From Eledone cirrhosa (lineage: Eukaryota): DNA of 64,000 nucleotides. Made by a program: the position numbers and the translations under genes. The stretch spans positions 66,216,001 through 66,280,000 of the forward strand of contig OZ024746.1 of the NCBI GenBank assembly GCA_964016885.1. The letters run 5' to 3'. Positions 58,931-64,000 of the stretch are shown here, in pieces (position 1 is the first letter of the stretch; each line of letters begins with the position of its first letter). Under the pieces are notes generated by a model. That model saw nothing but the letters and a program-made list of their open reading frames with translations. It ran no database searches and was not told the DNA's origin.

Positions 58931-59414
58931 AGAAGCAGTGTCTTCTATTTAAGTTGTTGCATTGATGAAAGAGTACAGTTGATTGCGCTAAAATGCGTGG
59001 GTGTTGCTAATACGTGTGTGCTATCTAAACCCAAGGTTTACGTGTTCGCGCGTTTATATAGTCCAATATTGGACATGTACATATACACGTGGCTAAATTA
59101 ACACACTATCAGTATATTTGCACATTATTTATTCATGAGATAAATATTGCACAACACTCAGTATGATTTATGTTTTTAGGTATTTGTAACAAATATGAAA
59201 TGTACATTACTCACAAACCACATTGATAAGATTTGAACACGTGTTTAACAGGATTAAAGCGTATCGAAAATAAGGATATTATACATGAATATATAAATAA
59301 AATGATACATCACAAAATCTATGACATTAAACAACGCACACAAATACGTTACACGAGCAGAGAGATACACACACACCCATATATATATGTATATATATAT
59401 ATATATATATGTGT

Positions 59415-59537
<123 letters not shown>

Positions 59538-59577
59538 CATATATATATATATATATGTATATACATATATATATATA

Positions 59578-59697
59578 AGTTTTAATATAGATGAGATTCT
59601 ACAGGACTAGAACTGTTTCATTCTTTATAAATCATCAGGATGATTTCTAAAGAATCAAACAGTTCTAGTCCTCTAGAATCTCATCTATATTAAAACT
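59578..59697. repeat. 120-bp fold-back palindrome centred on a hammerhead core (H6)
   Basis: Arms 59578-59636 / 59639-59697 with 3 mismatches. Minus strand reads CUGAUGA-uuuauaaagaau-GAAAC-A-GUU-cuag starting at the axis. Confidence 0.8.
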
Positions 59698-59764
59698 GTT
59701 ATACTCTGCAATGTATTGAGTACCTTACTTACTGTGGTTACCTCCGATTCAACCCGGAATAACC

Positions 59765-59900
<136 letters not shown>

Positions 59901-60147
59901 GTAGAGAGAGAGAGAGAAATAGAGATCCAACTTAATTTAACAAAACAGTTTCACCAGATGTGACTAATGTGTGTATTTATTGAATCTGGATATAAAATTA
60001 TGTTTAAAATATGCAAATTATACGCACGTCATCATTCTCAGAGGCCAATAAAGAAAACATAAATATACATACACTCACACATAGATACATGCAGGCTTAC
60101 CTAGATTCATACAAACTTATATATACATAACATTAATAGTACCTTAT

Positions 60148-60455
<308 letters not shown>

Positions 60456-60482
60456 TATATATATATATATGTATGTATATAT

Positions 60483-60535
<53 letters not shown>

Positions 60536-60620
60536 TACATATGTATATACATATATATATGTATGTTTGTGTATATATATATATATATGTATGTATGTAT
60601 ATACATATATATATATGTGC

Positions 60621-60691
<71 letters not shown>

Positions 60692-60711
60692 TATATATAT
60701 ATACACACACA

Positions 60712-60751
<40 letters not shown>

Positions 60752-61598
60752 TATACTTATTATTTTGAACGGATCTTTGAAACGCATGTGTTTTTAAGTG
60801 AGTATATAAGTATGTAATTAGAAATGACTATGGGCGTATACCTGTGTTTAATTCCGTAATGTATTTGCTCTTATACCTGATTCTGTTTGTGTATCTTTGC
60901 ATGTCTATAAAATGTTTCTGATGTGTATCACAAACGTCATGATGTATAATGTAATGTACCTGTCGGTATACGTGAAGTTTTACGTGTGATTATGTGCGAT
61001 AATCTCTAATTTCAGTATTGACTATTTCTAAGCAATTGCACGCTGTTAAAGTTGAAAATGTCAAATCGAATATCAACGCTTATTACAAGAGAGTTTATTG
61101 GAAAATAAATTACAAGAGAAGCAGATTGTTGAACTGCTCATAAAACATACATCTGCTATGATACGCATAAGAATAGCAAATCAAATGAAAGTAAATATTC
61201 AATAACAGTAGAAAATATCTCTCGACGCACACAAGGAAAATAACCTGTTCTGTGACAATTAGCTCCAGGAAAGGAATCCAATAGAATTTCCAAACAGCTT
61301 ATTACACCTCACAAAAAAAACTGAAAATTTCCTTGATATTATAAAGATTCTATTGAAATATCTGTGACTATTTTCTCTCAAACATTTTCTTGCATATTTT
61401 AAGATTACAACTAAATTATATAGCAGATTCCAATTTTTTTAAGAGAAGACTTGTGTGAAAAATAAGGAAAGATCAATCCAATGATAACAATATATAAATG
61501 GAAATAATCATGTATAACCCAACACACACACACACACACAAATACAACATATATGGACATTGAATATATTCCCCAATACCCACACACATTATATATAT

Positions 61599-61704
61599 AA
61601 ATCCCGTCGAGATTAACTTTGCCTTTCATCTTTACCAGGTCGATAAAATAAAGTACCAGTAATGTACTGGGTAATTGCTGGCCTTGTGCCAAAAGTAGAA
61701 ACAA
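61599..61704 (+). mobile_element. S1 SINE 3' half
   Basis: AAATCCCGTCGAGATTAACTTTGCCTTTCATC...AGTAGAAACAA. Confidence 0.8.
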
Positions 61705-62449
61705 TTATATATATATATATAACTGCTGATGAACGGAAAATGTCAAAGCAGACAATGCAGTACAATAAAGATATATATATATATATAGATAGGTGTATAT
61801 ATAAATAGATGTATATATTTCTAGTTCCAGAGTACTTGGTTGAACATTGCTATATGCATGTAAGCTTTCCTGATTACTTTCCAACTCGATGATTAATATC
61901 AAGGTGATATACCGCCAGGCAACTGTTTTTTTTCTGTTTTTTGTTTGGTTTTCTTTTTGGGGGGTGCGTGGGGGGCATTGGGGGTGCGTCAGAGGATCAA
62001 ACATCCAGCATGTCCATGGTTTCTTATAATATGGAAGGCAAAGGCAAGACGATGTCATTAAACAACATGAGATATGCAAGACAGGGAACCATGCATTAGC
62101 TTGTTTAAAAAATGTCGTTTCCAGTAGATGATGTAATGAAACACGTGGCATTCTAGTCTATGTACCATTAGGTCCCTTGCGACGTATAGCATTTAATGTT
62201 CATAACTCTGAAAAAAAAACAAAAACAAATCACCTTTCTATACAGGCCAGAAGCACATTTGATTTTGTGTCCTTGATGATTGCCGCTGTAAAGTGCACTT
62301 CACGACTGAACAATCTTGACATCCATGCCGCAGCCTGAGTCTTCGGTGTGACCATGCAGATACTTTTAATCACACATAAGCTCGATATCTGAGCCATACG
62401 ATGCGTGCATTTGATCTTGGATATATTGATTCATGTGTGTGTTTACTTC

Positions 62450-62745
62450 ATTTTGGTGCATTTAGAGACTGAACAACATCCCGTCATGCTATATCACTTC
62501 TAATGAGGAGATCTGGTGCCACTCCCATCTTATTTTCGAAGATGTTTATTACGGCAGAGTTATTCTCGCACATGATTCGGATCATGTTGAATATATCAGT
62601 TGGACTGGATTAGACTTCAATATTTCAAGCATTTCCTTGCAGTTAATGGAGTCAAAGACCTTTCGGATATCGATATGTGTTAACACTGCCTCCATGACAT
62701 AGCTTTTACGTTCTACCACCATACGGCGAAAAGCATGTATGTAGG
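62450..62745 (-). pseudogene. Decayed RTE-like LINE RT fragment
   Basis: FRRMVVERKSYVMEAVLTHIDIRKVFDSINCKEMLEILKS resembles the F.DF.KAFDS.....M..IL RT motif. Confidence 0.55.
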
Positions 62746-62838
62746 ATGTGATGTGTTGGAGTGGCCTTGGCTCAAAACATTTTGATTTGGACGTAACAAC
62801 CTCGTCGATAACTGATGAAACTATTTTAAAGATTATAT

Positions 62839-62880
<42 letters not shown>

Positions 62881-64000
62881 TATGTATATATTATATATAT
62901 ATATACATCATTTTAGAGGTCTACTCTTTTCAGGTAATATCTGATTAGAAATCAGAACTTAAAGGAAACTTTTTATATTTGAAAATGCAATTTATATAAT
63001 TTAGCACAGTCGTAACTTAGCAAAGTAGGGGCAATTATGTCAATATTTCATGTTTTGCTAGTCATTTGGAAATAAACATCGTCCAAACATGAATATATAT
63101 TGGGAGCTCAACTTAATTCAGGACGTGATATGTATTTCCCAAGGCAAAAAGTGTAAATTACATATCTATTTATAAATACGATTTATAATTGGAATTGGGC
63201 TGACTGGTGTAAAAAATTTGGCGAGCAAGAACTCATATGTGTGTAGTCTATCAAACTTACGTCTGTGCCAAATAAAGCTGAGCACAACCCTATACATCAT
63301 CATAACTGTCACATGGGAAAATTAACTTGGCTATGTTTCTCCACTACGTTCGAAATGATTGGCGCCGATTCCTTTCTAGATCTTATTTAGCTGCTAATCA
63401 ACACTGATTGAGTTTTCCTGTGTTCAGATTTATTCCACACATAATTATCCATCTTAGCCCCAATAGCGATAAGGAATACAGGAAATGCAGTGATTCAGAT
63501 TTCGCTGGGAGGAGGATGTATTCTAGTTGAATCGAATAAGCATAAATGTAGAAGATTCCATTAGGATAACATGCATAATCGTTTAACAATTTCCCTTTGA
63601 TGCAGCTGCACTTACTTACACAATTAATGATCTTGAAAAGGTATTGTAATTTCCGATTTGTACACTCTACAAACACAATATTATGAGGAGGACTAATACA
63701 TGAAGTTTCTTTGAGTCGAACGGATGTTTGTTATTCCTTTAATGTAATATATATAAATCTAGAAGATGGTTTACATATATATAGGTAGATGAAATGGATA
63801 ATATAACAATTATAATTGTCTACATATCAAAACATATAACAGTAGCGAAAGCATAGATGCAGATAGTAACATTTTATAATTTTTTTGGTTAATATCTTTC
63901 CCAGTAAACATGGATATAACAGAACGAATAAGAGAACAGAACCATGTTAACAATTTCAATTATTTCTGGTTTATAAATTGCTCTGAGCAGAGAGTACACA

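Overview
AT-rich eukaryotic (animal) DNA dense in (TA)n/(CA)n/(GA)n microsatellites, most likely intronic or intergenic cephalopod (Octopus-like) sequence. That assignment is inferred from the repeat spectrum and a recurring tRNA-derived SINE. No host gene can be supported, and nearly all ORFs in the supplied track are microsatellite translations. Real content: (1) a decayed R4/Dong-clade RLE LINE inserted in an (AAT)n tract; (2) a near full-length Neptune-type Penelope-like element (PLE) with direct pseudo-LTRs, an open RT+GIY-YIG ORF and an unexpected upstream coiled-coil ORF1 whose end overlaps the RT frame at a correctly phased U_UUU_UUA -1 slippery site; (3) three more PLE GIY-YIG fragments; (4) two non-autonomous Helitrons; (5) about ten SINE copies and old RTE- and Tx1-like LINE debris. 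The main unexplained structure is a set of sequence-unrelated, mostly non-coding modules sitting in (TA)n tracts. They share one architecture (inverted or fold-back arm plus tandem ~520-540 nt monomer, or a pure palindrome), and most carry a hand-foldable type I hammerhead ribozyme, often with a palindromic stem III and a non-canonical base of stem II. This looks like a diverse retrozyme-like or PLE-dependent RNA element system. All folds were made by eye and are untested.
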